Assembly (NCBI RefSeq): GCF_009914755.1
Contig: NC_060932.1
Length of the DNA: 64,000 nt
Reading direction: 5' to 3' (one strand)
Origin: the human T2T-CHM13v2.0 reference genome, Homo sapiens
Part shown: positions 14,580-28,210 of the stretch, in pieces
Position numbering within the stretch: the first letter of the stretch is position 1
How the letters are laid out: each line of letters begins with the position of its first letter
Program-made: the position numbers and the translations under genes
Notes under the pieces: model-generated
Seen by the model: the letters and a program-made list of their open reading frames with translations, nothing else
The model's database searches: none
Told to the model about the DNA's origin: nothing

Positions 14580-14900
14580 CAAAAACTCACTTGTTCCTTT
14601 TATGTTTATTTTCTGAGTAACATGAGGAAGAAAGAAAGGGAAAAAAGTCAGAAGTTCCCACACTTACAGCTAGAGAGAAGAAGAAAAGCGGAAGTTGAAT
14701 AGCTAGTGACAATTTAGAAATAAAAGTAGCCCTTCACCAGCTCACAGAGTCCTGACACAGGGACCAAGTTTAATTCAACATTTTGTATTGCAAAGTTTGC
14801 ATTTCACCAAACTGTGTGTTTGTGTGAACACAGGCACACCACCGGCAAATGTGGAGTTCACACATACACACCACAGACAAATGAATGGACAATTCAAAAG
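14580..14900 (-). promoter_or_regulatory. Candidate PU.1/ETS-type promoter or enhancer with two minus-strand splice donors
   Basis: AAAAGCGGAAGT (14684-14695), GAGGAAG (14624), ACCACA (14870); minus-strand GCT|GTAAGT (14667) and CAA|GTGAGT (14590). Not obviously repeat-derived. Motif evidence only. Confidence 0.35.
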
Positions 14901-15389
14901 TGTGCTCCTCTCTTCATTTCCCTATGTAGTCCTAGCATTACACAATGACCTTTAAGGTCTCTGAGAGTCAATGAAAATTAAGCATGTTATTGCAAGTAAG
15001 GTTTGGGACCAAATGAGTTCATTTGATCACGTTCCAGTTTCTTAATTACTATGCCTTCATTTTAATAAGAGAAATTTCACACAAACTATAACTGCTCTTC
15101 TTTTTAGCAGGTACTGACAGAAATATAGCATAAATAATTGCAGCATATCCTGTGATTAATATTTACCGTCTTATCTCTTCCCTGGAGTGGGACAGTGGAA
15201 TCCACAAAGCCAACAATTAAAATGAGACATTATCACGTTTTAGTCCCAGATAATGTATCTATCATTTAATTTTTCATAACTCATTCATTCAATACACATT
15301 TCACGTGTATTAAGTTTTTGTGCCCACAGAATTCCTGCCAGTGTCAGAAATAGGATGAGAACACCAACTTTTGAAGGAAAGGGAGTTCA

Positions 15390-15545
15390 CTTTTGATCAG
15401 CATCTGCTATGTGACAAATAACTTGTCATCTCATTTATTCTTCAATACCATCATTATTGATATAGGTATTGTTATTCCCATTCTATAAACATGGTGAACT
15501 GAGGCTTAGAGAAGTGAAAGGACTTTTACAGAATTCATACAGAAA
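15390..15545 (-). mobile_element. MIR SINE
   Basis: ATTCCCATTCTATAAACATGGTGAACTGAGGCTTAGAGAAGTGAA, the MIR core. Confidence 0.75.
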
Positions 15546-15681
15546 AGAAAATGATCAAATATTTGACCCATTCAATCAAATATTTGACCTACTACACATC
15601 TGGCACTGCCCTGGGTACCAGAGATATACCATGATACCAAAAGGACAAAGATTCCTTCCTCTCATCTCTTTTCACAGTAAC

Positions 15682-15858
15682 TGTGATTCTCAGTCCTGGT
15701 TGAGAATACACTGGAATCACCTGGAGAACTTCTAAAACATACTGGTGCCCAATGTCCACCCCTGGTAATTAAATCAGAAGCTCTGGAAATGAAACCTGAG
15801 CATAGGGATTTTCAAAAATCCACCAAGTGATTCTAAAGTGAATCCAGGGCTGAGAATC
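15682..15858. mobile_element. MER5B hAT remnant
   Basis: GAATCACCTGGAGAACTTCTAAAA..AATCAGAA..AAGTGATTCTAAAGTG..CCAGGGCTGAGAA. Confidence 0.75.
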
Positions 15859-16142
15859 TTTTCATGTATTAGATTATGCTGTATGCTGTATGCTGCATAT
15901 GTTTTGAGGTCACTACCCTCAAAACACATTGTACAGAAATGCATATAAATAGAACACACTTAGAAAACTATTTTAAGGGGATATAAAAGGAAATTTGAAA
16001 TCGTGTGAGATGTATTCAAAGTGTTGGAGTTTACAAAAGGAAAAATTACTTTTGGATTGGGATGAGATCATGCAAGTATAACTTTTTAAATAAAGGGAAT
16101 GTCGAGGGGCCACTTGAATGTAGGATATACCTTTGACTAAAG

Positions 16143-16297
16143 AAATGTTTCTCAGACTTTGGTATGTATCAGAATCATTTATGAAACTTGGTAAAATGCA
16201 GATACCCAGGCCCTGTGTTACTCCCACAAGGTCGGGCCTCTCTATACTTTGCTAGTTCTGATGATTACAACACACAGTACAGTCTGGTAATCATCAG
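16143..16297. mobile_element. MER5-family hAT remnant
   Basis: TTTCTCAGACTTTGG..ATCAGAATCA..AAAATGCAGATACCCAGGCCC. Confidence 0.55.
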
Positions 16298-16438
16298 GAG
16301 AGAATTTTGAAGACATTTTTGGCAGATAAGAAAGTGGTTTTTACTGGGAGACAAAGAAAGGCTAGAATGAGTATAGCATGTATGGTGTGGGGGTGGGGCT
16401 GATAATGTTAAGGAAATCTACATAATTTAGATAGAAGA

Positions 16439-16890
16439 TGTGATGATTAATTTTGTGTGTCAATGTAGCTGGGCCACAGTGCCTTGATATTTGGTCAAAT
16501 ATTATTCTGAATGTTTCTGTGAAAATACTTTTTGCATGAGATTAACACTTAAACAGACAGACGTTGACTAAAGCAGATTACCCTCCATAATGAGGATGAG
16601 CCTCATCCAATCAGTTGAGGATCTTGATACAACAAACACTGACCTCTCCCAAACAACAAGGAGTTGTCAGCAAACTGCCTGTAGGACTCAGACTACAATT
16701 CTTTCCTGGGTCTCCAGTGCCAGCTTCACCTGAAGATTTTGGACTTGACCCTCCATGATAGTGTGAGCCAGTTCATCTCTTTCAATCTCTCTCTCTCTTT
16801 CGCCTCTACACAGACACACATACACACACACACACACACACATGCACGTACACACCCTGGTTGGTTCTGTTTCTCTGGAAATCCCTAACA
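16439..16890 (+). mobile_element. MLT2D-like ERVL solo LTR
   Basis: Starts TGTGATGATTAATTTTGTGTGTCAA; contains AAAGCAGATTACCCTCCATAATG, CCTCATCCAATCAGTTGA and an internal (CT)/(CA) tract; TTGGTTCTGTTTCTCTGGA near the end. Confidence 0.88.
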
Positions 16891-17699
16891 GAGAAGGAGA
16901 AATTAGAAAAATGACAGAATACATTAACAGAAGGCCTTGATGGACACGGTAAAGAGCTTGGTCTTTATCTGATTGTAATTCTGGAAGTTTTCAAATAAAC
17001 CAAGGGAGACTTCAGAGTACAGATGTTGCCTTCGCCACTCACAGACAGAGCAAACACCAGTGTATAGCGTTGGTCAATCCCAGTTGTTCTTTTCTTGTTA
17101 AAACTGGCACCCCAGAAAGAGAAGCAGCTACGTAGAAACATGTAATTTATAGAGCAAGATTTAAAAGTTCACTGAACTGTGAGTTTTCTTAATTGGTATA
17201 CTAAGGAACCACTAAGATATTCACAGGGATAAAGTGCAATAGAAGTGAAATAGGGTACTGAAGAATGAGGCTGGAGATTTCAAATCCTTGAGGTACTAAC
17301 CTCATGTTCTGCTGTCATTTTGTGAGATGTTAAATCTGTACTTTTTGATGCAGTAACCATGAAAAAGTCCCTAGTGTTTAAACAAATAAATCAGGTTAGA
17401 CTTCAAATGATTTAAACAAAGAACACTAGAAATTTTGTAACCTGCATTCCTAATTTCATTTTCAAAACTTTTTGCTCACATACATCTTTTGTCCCCAGTG
17501 CCACTAGACAGATAGGAAAAGCTGCTGAATATGAATTTGCTTTAAAAATGTTGCTGAAATTATCTATGCTTATTATACTCTGTTATAGCTATGGAGTTAA
17601 GCGAATTTTCTCTGTTCTAGACCTGTAAAGATTTTCTTCTGAATTTGTCTCAAATCTGTCCATTTTCTTTCCAGTGTATACTAGGCTGTGTTGAAATGC

Positions 17700-17860
17700 T
17701 ACTCCATTCATTCATATACCCACTTATCCTATTCAGCATTTATTAAAGAAATATGTATTGGGTACCTACCTTAAATCCCACACAGTGCCAGCTACTGGGG
17801 ATACAATATTGATCAAGACAAAAGATACAACCTTGTTCTCATTAGAGTCTTATAATATTT
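17700..17860 (-). mobile_element. L2 3' end remnant
   Basis: CATTCATTCA..TGTATTGGGTACCTAC..TACTGGGGATACAA..AAGACA. Confidence 0.65.
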
Positions 17861-18114
17861 TTAAATGATGTCTCAAAATGAAAAGGTAAATAAGGTAAAA
17901 TGTTCCAAATGATGCTGACCCAGTGACCTGATGAAACTGCATTGGCTTTGCAAACATGTTGAGGTTTTCTTTGTTGGTGCTTGATTTCTAGAAACTGCAT
18001 GGAGCAGAACTTTCATGAGTGGAGATTCTAATAGACATACTTTTCCAGGAGACATGTGATGTGAAGTAGTTTAAAGCTTTCCTCCTTCCTCACTTCCCCA
18101 ACCTCTCCTCTCTT

Positions 18115-18340
18115 TCATTTCATGAGTATGTTCGAATCTCTACTAAGAACAAGGTTGGGTAAGGATATGGTGAGTGAAAACACAGTCTTTCCACTCCTAG
18201 AGCTTACAGTAAAGTAGGGGAATAAGGAAGGAATTTTTTAAAAATCACACAAATCAATGTAAGCTCTATTAAAAGTACAATTATTGAAAGGCACATATAG
18301 AAATGACAGAGGGAGCTCACTTAGTCTGGAGAGTCAGAAA
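18115..18340 (-). mobile_element. L2 3' end remnant
   Basis: TTCATTTCAT..GGATATGGTGAGTGAAAACACAGTC..CCTAGAGCTTACAGT. Confidence 0.55.
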
Positions 18341-19459
18341 AATTACCAAACCTAGGTACCTTTATTTCTACTCACAGAAAATTATAAAGTTCTATTCATG
18401 CAGTAGCTCAGTTAACTTAGTATCAATCAATGTCAGGAATAACATGATTCTTTTCTCTGAAATGCTTTATAAAATGTCTGCTGTTAAATATCCCAGAAGA
18501 GGTTACTTTTCTTATTTGTATGGCCAGACAACTCTATTACATAATTGTGAGGAAGGTTAATTTCCCTTCAGAGTGGGTAAATAGTATCTGAGTTGAAAAT
18601 GGATTCCCCCATAGGGCAAAAATAGAGACAACCAGAGCACTCTCTGCTATAATAACATTAAATCTCCCTTCTGGATGTGCAAGTCCAAGTGGCTGCTATT
18701 TAATCATTATATATATTTGTCTTATGGGCTACAGAAATGGTCTTTAGGATCACCTGGAGAGCTGAAATACTGACTCCTGAGGTCCATCCCTAGACATGTT
18801 GATGGGTTTGATTTAACTGTGTTTTTAGAAGCTCTCTAAGTGATTCTAATGTGAAGCTATGATTTAAAACCATCAGGCAACAGTGATCTCAAACCTCAGG
18901 TCACTGTCATTCTAAATGTGACCTATATTCTCTGGTCACAGTCTTGCCTATTATTCTCAAAGTTTTGCACTCTACCAGTGTTTTGACTCTGGGAAGAGAG
19001 GTCCCAGTATTCTCAGAAGTTAAGAAGCATTCTGTGCTAATCACATGTTATTGATCATTATTGGTTAATACATTTCAGAGGTGAAATACTCGTTTTATAA
19101 AAAGACTTAAGGCAGGGAATGTTTGGGGTACAATATGAAAAACTATGTGTGGGTTTGAAATGCATCTAAAGACTGAATCTTGTGACACAAAGTCTAGTGG
19201 GGATGTATATTGAAGTATATTTAGCTCAAGAGACACTTAAACCAAAACAAAAATTTGCAGTTACAGTAACCATAAATTACAGTATCTGGAATGCTGAGAA
19301 AAATTTCTATCCAAATTCAACTAGACTTAAACTATAGTAATGATTCTTAAGGCTAGACAGTGATGTGTGTGTCATGCTGGACCCCTAGTGACTTCAATAG
19401 GGATAACACTATGTTAGAGAGGCCTAATAGTTCTGGGTGTCTGCTGCTCCAAGTGTTCA

Positions 19460-20750
19460 TCTCATTCATTCATTCATTCATGTATTAATCATTCAATCAT
19501 GTAATAAATATTTAAGGGTCTAGTCGGGGCCCCATACTGTGCTAGCTTCTAGGATGTAGCAGAGAACAAGGCAAACGAGGTCCTTGTAATACAATGCTTA
19601 TCATCTAATTTGGACCACAGACTAGCAAACAAGCAACAGCAGGAATCTGTGACTAATGCAAGCAGAGATCTGATGTGGGGTACGAGGGAAACTCAACACA
19701 GGAGCAGCTCACCAATCTATGGGGTACAGAAAGGGCTTCCCTGAGAAAGTGACATTTAAGCAATAGCTTGAAGAATGAATAGGAACAGTGAGAAAAAGAA
19801 GAAAGTGGGGAAGAACATTCCAAGCGGAGATAACAACAATTACAAAAGCACAGGGTGTGAGAAACAGAGCAAGGTCCTTTAGGGCAGTTGGAAGAAGTTC
19901 AGTATAGTAGGAGCAGGTAGTGCCAAAGCAGGAAGTGTTACAACAGGAAACACTTAAGGAAGAAGGGTCAGGTCACAAATGCTTAAAAGAGATTAAATGG
20001 TACCCTAGGGTGTTGGCAGCTGTTGAAGAGATTTACACTGGGGAGTGATTTGATCAGATTTGGATTTTAACATGTTCACTCAGGCTACTGGATGGCAAGA
20101 GAGTTGGAGGCAGGATGAAAGGAGACTTGTTAGACTGTCAGAGGAAATAAGAGTGGAGAATGCTTGGAAGTAGGGTAATGACAATGAGGTAAAGAACACT
20201 GGATGAATTTGTGAGAGATTTAAGAAGAATCAGGGGCACCAATGCTTCATTTAAATTCCACAGAGGAAAGTAGCTTTTTTGGGTCTATTTTTTTCACTGA
20301 TAAATCTCAAATGCTTTGACCAGGGCCTGGCACACAGTAGAAGATGATGAATATTTGAAGAATTGATTGGATATAGTAGGTAACTTAGAAGAATGGATTG
20401 AGAATATTATCCAAGTTTTGGGCTTGGGAAACTGAGAAGCTAGTGGTTCCATTTACTGAGAGAGGAAGGAAAAAAAGGGGATGTCCAGGGGGAACAATGG
20501 GACCAGTCATGTTTTAGATATGTTTTGTTTGACAAAACTTTGAAACATGGAAATGTGAAGTAGGGAGTGAGAACTCAGGAGAAAGTTCGGGGCTAGGGAT
20601 TTGTGAATCTTTAATGTAATTTTTATTTTATCAATGGAACATTTAATGTGACCATGGTGGAGATGGCTATGTAAGGTATGCAGAGGAAAAACAGAGGAAT
20701 ATCTAAGATGCACCCCAAGGAACACTAACATTTAAGAGACCTAGAGAAGA
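19460..20750 (-). mobile_element. L2 LINE (~1.3 kb) with a small opposite-strand L2 tail nested at ~20270-20365
   Basis: (CATT)n tail, GGGCTTCCCTGAGAAAGTGACATTTAAGC, GAACATTCCAAGC, GGGAGTGATTTGATCAGATTTG, CCATTTACTGAGA. The nested piece is GCCTGGCACACAGTAG..GAATATTTG. Confidence 0.85.
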
Positions 20751-20975
20751 AGGGATTTCTCTCTTTCTCCAGATACCTATTTTGCACCTTCTTCATAATA
20801 TGCCACTAGACCTATCTCTTCCAGGAGCTCTTATTTTATTAACCTTGACTCAAGAAGAGAGAACATTAATATCTATAATTTCTCAAAATCCCTTGGTGTC
20901 TAAAATGTATGGCTGGGTGATCACTTCTTCATTTGCTACCTTAAATCTTGTTTTCAACCTAACGAAGATTTTGGA

Positions 20976-21046
20976 CACAGTGCTATTGTATCAATTTATA
21001 CTATATTTTCACAGTGCTATTGTACCAATTTATACTATATTTTCAC
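20976..21046. repeat. Tandem duplication, 34-bp unit x2
   Basis: CACAGTGCTATTGTA(T/C)CAATTTATACTATATTTT twice, 33/34 identical. Confidence 0.95.
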
Positions 21047-21859
21047 TTGATATGGTAAAGTCATAGTCACAGACATCCAATTTAATGGTAATTATTATCA
21101 TTTTTTTCTGCAGAGCAGAATTATCAAATTCAGAAATGGGAGAACCTAGAGAAAGCATCTGTCATGCTTTTATTTTACACAGGGAATTTGTACTTACTCA
21201 AGATTATTTGGCGGCAGAATGGAGATTCGAATACAGAGTTTCTAGCTCGCAGTTCAGGCTTATCCCACTATTCTACCCTGTGTCTCATACTTTCATAAGT
21301 TTTAGTTTCTGTGCTTATTTAGGTTAAAACCCCTTGAAGGCAAAGACCATGTTACTTTTGTAGTGTTTCTTCATCCTCGATGTACGTAGTGCAGTGCTCA
21401 AATGTAGAGAAGGGGAAAAGGAGCGCTGGGGCTGATGTTCTGGATGCTACAGGGTCACTGTTCAAAATGATCAGACAATTCCCTTGCAACATAACAAGGG
21501 TTTCTTTCACTCATGTAACCTTGGTGTCAAAGATGCAGCACGCAGAGAATCTAAGTACTTCATTAAGGTGTCCCATTCCTTTAGCTCCAGAAGACTTCTT
21601 AACTGACCTATCCTGTAGCTTAAATCCACCCCCTTCCACTTGCAACCACACAGTGTATCAAAATTAAGTATTATTTTAAAAATCAGTAATATATGCATAT
21701 AATGCCAGTTTATGATACAGCTATCTTGAGGGTGTCATTCTCTTTGCTCAGTTGTGCAAGGCACCTAAATTTATCAAGGACACCAAAGATAATGGCAAGG
21801 GAGTGTTGGGTTATACAAACAATACCGTCTGTATTTTCCGACTGGATATTAAAATAACA

Positions 21860-22080
21860 ATAGAAGCCACATTGGAAGGCCTACTATATGCAAAGCTCTG
21901 TACTAGATGCCTTGCATAAATAAACCTATTTCAATCCCCTCAAAAACTGTGAGGTGCAGAAACCAAGAATCAGAGATTGTGGGGGATTTTCCTAAGGATA
22001 CACAGTCCCTAAATGGCAGAGTCAGGATTTGAACTCAGATCTGATTCCAAAACCCATTCCCTTCTCATTATGATACATTG
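21860..22080 (-). mobile_element. MIR SINE
   Basis: CCTACTATATGC..CTGTGAGGT..AAATGGCAGAGTCAGGATTTGAACTCAGATCTG. Confidence 0.8.
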
Positions 22081-22293
22081 AAATAACTGAAATTCAACCT
22101 TCTGTTTATCTCTCAATAGTAAAGAATATTATTTTTATTCTACAGGAACCACATTCTACTTGTGTAGGAGCTGCGACAGTAACCAACTCATCCTGCCCTA
22201 CTCACAGTATAGCATCTTTAGGCATTGACTACAATCAGCCAAGTCACCGGCTGAGGGGAAGAACAAGAACCAACCTTGAACTATGATCTAAGA

Positions 22294-22520
22294 CAAGGTG
22301 TCCAATCTTTTGGCTTCCCTGGGCCCCATTGAAAGAAGAATTGTCTCGGGCTACATATAAAATACACCAACACTAACGATAACTGATGAGCTTAAAAAAA
22401 AAATCACAAACACACAAATCTCATAAGGTTCTAAGAAAGTTTACGAATTTGTGTTGGGCGGCATTCAAAGCCATGCTAGGTCGTGTGTGGCCCAGGTGGG
22501 CCACAGGTTGAACAAGCTTG
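22294..22520 (+). mobile_element. MER30 hAT-Charlie non-autonomous DNA transposon
   Basis: CAAGGTGTCCAATCTTTTGGCTTCCCTGGGCC..GTTGAACAAGCTTG with a perfect 8-bp TSD ATCTAAGA. Confidence 0.93.
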
Positions 22521-24294
22521 ATCTAAGATAAAGTGGTTCTGACCTTCAGCCTAAATTCCTCTCACTAGCATTCGAGATGGAATGAGGTCAGGGCACACAC
22601 TTTCATGTTTTCTTGCTACAAATTACTTGGATGAGAAATTTCCCTCTGAAAATACTAAAAAAGTGAAGAGGAAAACAGCTACTTCACCCTTAATTCTGAC
22701 CAAGAAGGGAAAATTGTGAACTAAAAGGCAGCCACATGTTCCTTGGGAAAGAAACAATCACATGATCTTCGTTTAATTAGCCAGATAATAAAACCACGGA
22801 TTTGTTAGTCAAAATATATTTGACTATTCTGTGCCAGACATTGTTCTAGGCACAGGAGAGAACAAGACAAAGACCCATAGCCTCGGATTGCTGACATTTC
22901 TATGTACAGAGAAAAATAGACAAATAAACATTAAGATTTCAACATTTATCCTAGAGTTTAGAAAATCTAACTTTAATTGTTTTTAGAAATTTTTAAAATC
23001 TAAAGTCCTAATACCAGACAAATGGTTCCAATTTTTCTTTTTGATTTTTAAAAAATTTACAATAAGATACTTTGAAAATGGAAACCTGGTTTTAAAGTGA
23101 AAATGTATTCAGTGACTAATGAAATTTCCATGGGAACAGTGGAAAGAATACTGTCACAAAGGATAGTTGCCATCTTTTGATGGTTATTTAAAGTCTTGGA
23201 TATGTTAGAAAATGTATCGCAATTTTAAAATCAGTATTCTTTGTTACTTTGTATCAATTCAATTAAGGCAACATCCTATTCCATAGTGAAAATATAGCTA
23301 TTCTGTTAAACTCCAGCTTGGAATACATTTTAAAGTGCATTCTTAATAAAAAATTTTAAATAGGAGAACATGGAACAAAATTAAAAGTATTCAGGAAAAT
23401 AATTTTATACCTAGAGACACTAGAGAAGAAGGTTAACTCAAGAGTGACCAAAGACTTTAGATGTTCTAGTATTTTTTTTTCTTTTTAGAAATTAGACAAA
23501 TTTAATTTGTGGAAAATTGCTAGAATGAATTCATGAATATAGTTTGCGAGCATGTAGGAAATGAAATGGTGATTTTTAGGGGATCATGGGTATCTTGGTA
23601 ACAGATCATGCTTTTTTAATGAGCAGAACAAAATGTGCCACAAACACAGTGCCTTGGTATTTGTAAATCATTTTCCAAAATTTTTCACAATATCTATATA
23701 AATAAGATTTTTAAAATTGTATGTATAACACTATAGTTGGCAAGTTTCATTCCTGGTTCCACAATAACACTGATTAGTGGTTGGATGGAAAGCCGGCAGG
23801 AATGTGTTGTGTCTGTTCCTGTTTAACATTTCTGTAAGTGATTTGGTGAGGATACAGAAGGCATGTTATTGAATGTGTAGATGGACAAAGTTTAGGGTAA
23901 AAGTTAATGTGTTTGAAAAAAGAGGTTATATTAAAAATACCTTCATTGACTGGAACAATTGGAAAGGACATACTTGTCTGCCTACAGGGACAGAAAACTC
24001 ATTACCATGGTGGCTTTTTCATTGGGTTTGCTAGGGCCAGAATCCAGAACTCATTGAGTACTTCTTCTTATAGCATATATAGCAATTCATTAACATTGGG
24101 GAATAATAATAATACAATAGTCATTGTCCAGAAAGGACTAACTTTAATGGTAAAAGGCTTTTTTTGTCATCATTTTCTTCAAAAGAATAAAAATATAAAA
24201 TATTAAAGTAGGAAAATATCCCATAGAAATAATGCATTTTAACTTTTCTCTTTTAATACAAAGATCTTCTATAACATCACACATATGTGGCTAT

Positions 24295-24386
24295 CAAACC
24301 TTATTTATATATATAAAAATATATAATTATTATTTTATTTTAAATATATATTTATATATAAATTATTATTTTATACATATATATAT
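24295..24386. repeat. AT-rich low-complexity tract
   Basis: Nearly pure A/T with (TA)n runs. Confidence 0.85.
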
Positions 24387-24440
24387 GGTGCTTAAAACAG
24401 TGCCTAGAACTTACTCACTCAAAAAATATTTGTTGATTAA

Positions 24441-24779
<339 letters not shown>

Positions 24780-24799
24780 TAAGTACCATATTTCATTTC

Positions 24800-25240
24800 T
24801 AGAAGCTACTAATTTTTGAAATAGTCTTCCTCATACTGAGTCAAACCCATTTTTCTGTAACTCTTTACTTATAAAACACAATTATGCTTTCCTGATATGG
24901 ACAAAGTAAATCTAGCTGTCTTCCAAATATTTTAAGACAGTTGGCATTTTCCCTTTAAGTATTTGTTATTTTTTCCAGGTAGAAGTTAACTAACTCCTGA
25001 ACCTTCTTCATATAACATGGTTTCCTATCCCTTCATCATTCTTATCATTTTCCACTGAATGTGGGTCAAATTTTCGAGGATTTTCTTATTTCTTAAAATG
25101 TGTTGCCCTGAACTAAAGAACTCTTCAGATGAAAGTTAATCTGAACACCACAGCACATTATTGTAAGATATTAGCTATCACAGACAGCTATATAAGCAGT
25201 GATTATTTCAGTCTGAAATCAATTAAAATCTTTAAGTGTT
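24800..25240 (-). mobile_element. L3/CR1 LINE remnant
   Basis: TTCCAAATATTTTAAGACAG..TTTTCCAGG..AACCTTCTTCATATAACATGGTTTCC..TGCCCTGAACT..CTTCAGATG resembles the antisense CR1/L3 ORF2 3' region. Confidence 0.55.
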
Positions 25241-26151
25241 TTCTGAAACTACAGGGAACTCCTAGCTGACACCTGAGTTAAACATGTTAACGTTTTTTAA
25301 AAGTAAAATTATACTTTAGTTTTGTTTCCTATAGCGAGTCTTTTAGTTTCTCATTTTCTTAGCAGAAGGATAAAAATGAAGCATTTATTATAAGAAAAAG
25401 CTTTTTTTTCCTGTAAAATCATTTAAATTTGGTTTTAAAATCTCATACAGGCCTAATCAGATGACATTCATTTTTCTCTGTGTTTAGTCCTGAGTTTTGA
25501 AAGTAACACCCTGGTACTCATGGCCTTGGCCCTCCCTGGGCAGGAAGCCTGCCCAGGCCCTAGGTCAGCATGGGCACTCGGTGAGGGAGGTGCAGGAGGC
25601 CAGCTGGGGAAGAGGCCACTGGAGCACAGCAGAGCCAGATTGCCCAAGTTTCCCTCTAGGCCAAACAGACACGAAGATTGCATGAGCATTATTATTGGCA
25701 AATCGGGAACCTTGCTTCTCTACTGCGTGCTCTGAAAGGAGGAAGAATGCTAGGGTTTTTTCCCTGGAAGGGAGAAAAGAGTAAACAGACAAAAAAGCAC
25801 ATCAGGACACATTCCTCCCAGTCCTCCTCACATACTGAGGCTGGAATGAATATGAGTCAGAGGGGAGTCTCTTCCATATGGACCTAAGAGGGTGCATTGC
25901 AATTAGAGTAAGAATTCTGTTCATTCATCCTTAGGTAACGGATTTTGAGCAATTTGCAGGTCTAGGAAAGGTAACAGTAGATGTGAGGAAGACCCAGTCT
26001 GTACTCGCAGGAGCCCCCTCCTCCATCTTTCCTGCACCACAGTGAGCCAGCCCTGCCTACCCACTCTCTCTTCCAGGCTGCCGCAGTCCCTGAGCCTGCT
26101 CCACGTGAAGGCAGCCATGGCCAGGCAAAACCCATGTGCCCTCAGGGGTCA

Positions 26152-26544
<393 letters not shown>

Positions 26545-26817
26545 CTACTAGTGACAGGGGACTCTTTCTAAGGTCCTGGCAATTCCACTCCACCTCCAAA
26601 CTTACACACTACACTCAGCCAAACACAAACTTGATCTGAGAAGACTCTTTCTCCTTAGAAGAGAGGTTAGCTACCATATCTTGTTCTCTGAGCATTCCCC
26701 TTTGGAGTCTTATCCCAAATTTCACCCACTTCAAGCCACTTATCAATGTATTCCTTTAAACACCTAACAGTTCTCTCCCTGAGAGGAGTTCCAGTGATAA
26801 AATTTTCTCCATTCCAA

Positions 26818-28210
26818 AGAGGGACACAACTTTGCAAGTCTAGACCATACATGCAGTTGGCTGCACAGTAGCAGTCCCAGTGACGTTTTATGCCCCCCCG
26901 AGTTGTTAGGCTGTTAAACAGCTTTTCTGAGGCAAATAAAACAAGGCTATTTAACAGTGGTGCCTTGGAAAATGCCCTGATGGCCAACTGATCAAATATG
27001 GGATTGTCCAAGGCTAGATCTTACGTTCTTTTCATGTATGGGTCTAGGCCCCACTTCCTTTTCTAGGCCAGGGTGATCGGGGGCTGGTCCAAATGGAGCC
27101 AACAGTGATGTGATGGAAATGAGCTCTTTCTGCCTTGCCACGTAGCTTCTTTCCCTTGCCATGAGTCTAGTTTTCTGCAACTATAATAAATCTGGAATGG
27201 CAGATCCTTGATCTACACTTTTCTGAGACCTCAAAGGATGAGTCTTCCCCAGTAACACTGGCTAACTCTTTGCAGAAATTTCAGTGTCTGATGCTCTGTT
27301 CCTAAGAGTTCAAGAAAAACCTGGGTGAGCCTTGCAACACTACTGCCCCCTAGACTGGGGAGAGGTTCAAGCCACTGGATACAAGAAGAGGTTAAAATTT
27401 GTCTACAGGATGAAGTGATCAACCTCTAGAGTCTAGCTCAGGAGGAAGCAATTTCATTTCTGAACTACTGAACCATAATTCACAAGCGGAAAGGATTTCC
27501 ACATAGTTCAAACCATTCTTTGTAGGAATGCAATGTTCAGATATCATTATATGGGAAAATAATATGTTCTATTTATTTATTTGTTCTTTCTGTCCTTCCA
27601 TCCTCATCCCCAGCCAAGCCACAATCTCTTATTATGAATTCATTTTGAGAAAAAAATAATTAAAAGTATTTCCCAACAGAATAGTTTCTCACCATTCCCT
27701 CAGCTATATTTACATATGGCTGCTGCAATGGTCTCCAGGTACAATGAGACGAAGACTTACAATAAAGAATGTCAACTGAAGGAAATGAAGAAGTAAATAA
27801 CCAGACATAATTGGCCCCTACTGCCCTCCCCTTGGCAGGTAATCACTTCTATTCTCTATTTTCCTCATACTTTTTTATGCTGAGATGACAGGATTTGGAG
27901 AGACTCACCTTACCTCTAAACTCAAGAGAAGATGCTGGAACAAAGCTCTAATTTACAAATTGAAGGAAAAATTTAAATGCAACACCATCTTTAAATTATA
28001 GTCAAGGCATTTCTCATCTTATTTTCCTTTCTTTTTTTCTGTTTTTTGTGAACAAATAGCCTTGTTTTATTGGCCTCAAAAAAGGTTGTTTTACATTCTA
28101 AATACTGGACAGGCCATCCCCCCATCAGCCAGACAAAACACATTAGTGGATTGTATTCAGCCAGAGGAACACAACTTTGAAAGTCTAGACCATACATGCA
28201 ATTTACTGCA
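26818..28210. repeat. Local duplication pair: inverted arms plus one direct block
   Basis: 26818-26855 vs 28163-28200 match directly at 36/38; 26928-26952 vs the reverse complement of 28054-28078 match at 24/25. Confidence 0.85.

Noticed and set aside
20976-21046. CACAGTG heptamers as V(D)J recombination signals
   Set aside because: No ACAAAAACC-like nonamer at 12- or 23-bp spacing and no Ig/TCR segments nearby.
26667-28197. Two ORFs sharing the peptide MYGLD(L/F)QSCVPL as paralogous small proteins
   Set aside because: The shared peptide is just the 38-bp duplicated block A. Flanking homology is in the opposite orientation, so the reading frames are not homologous beyond it.
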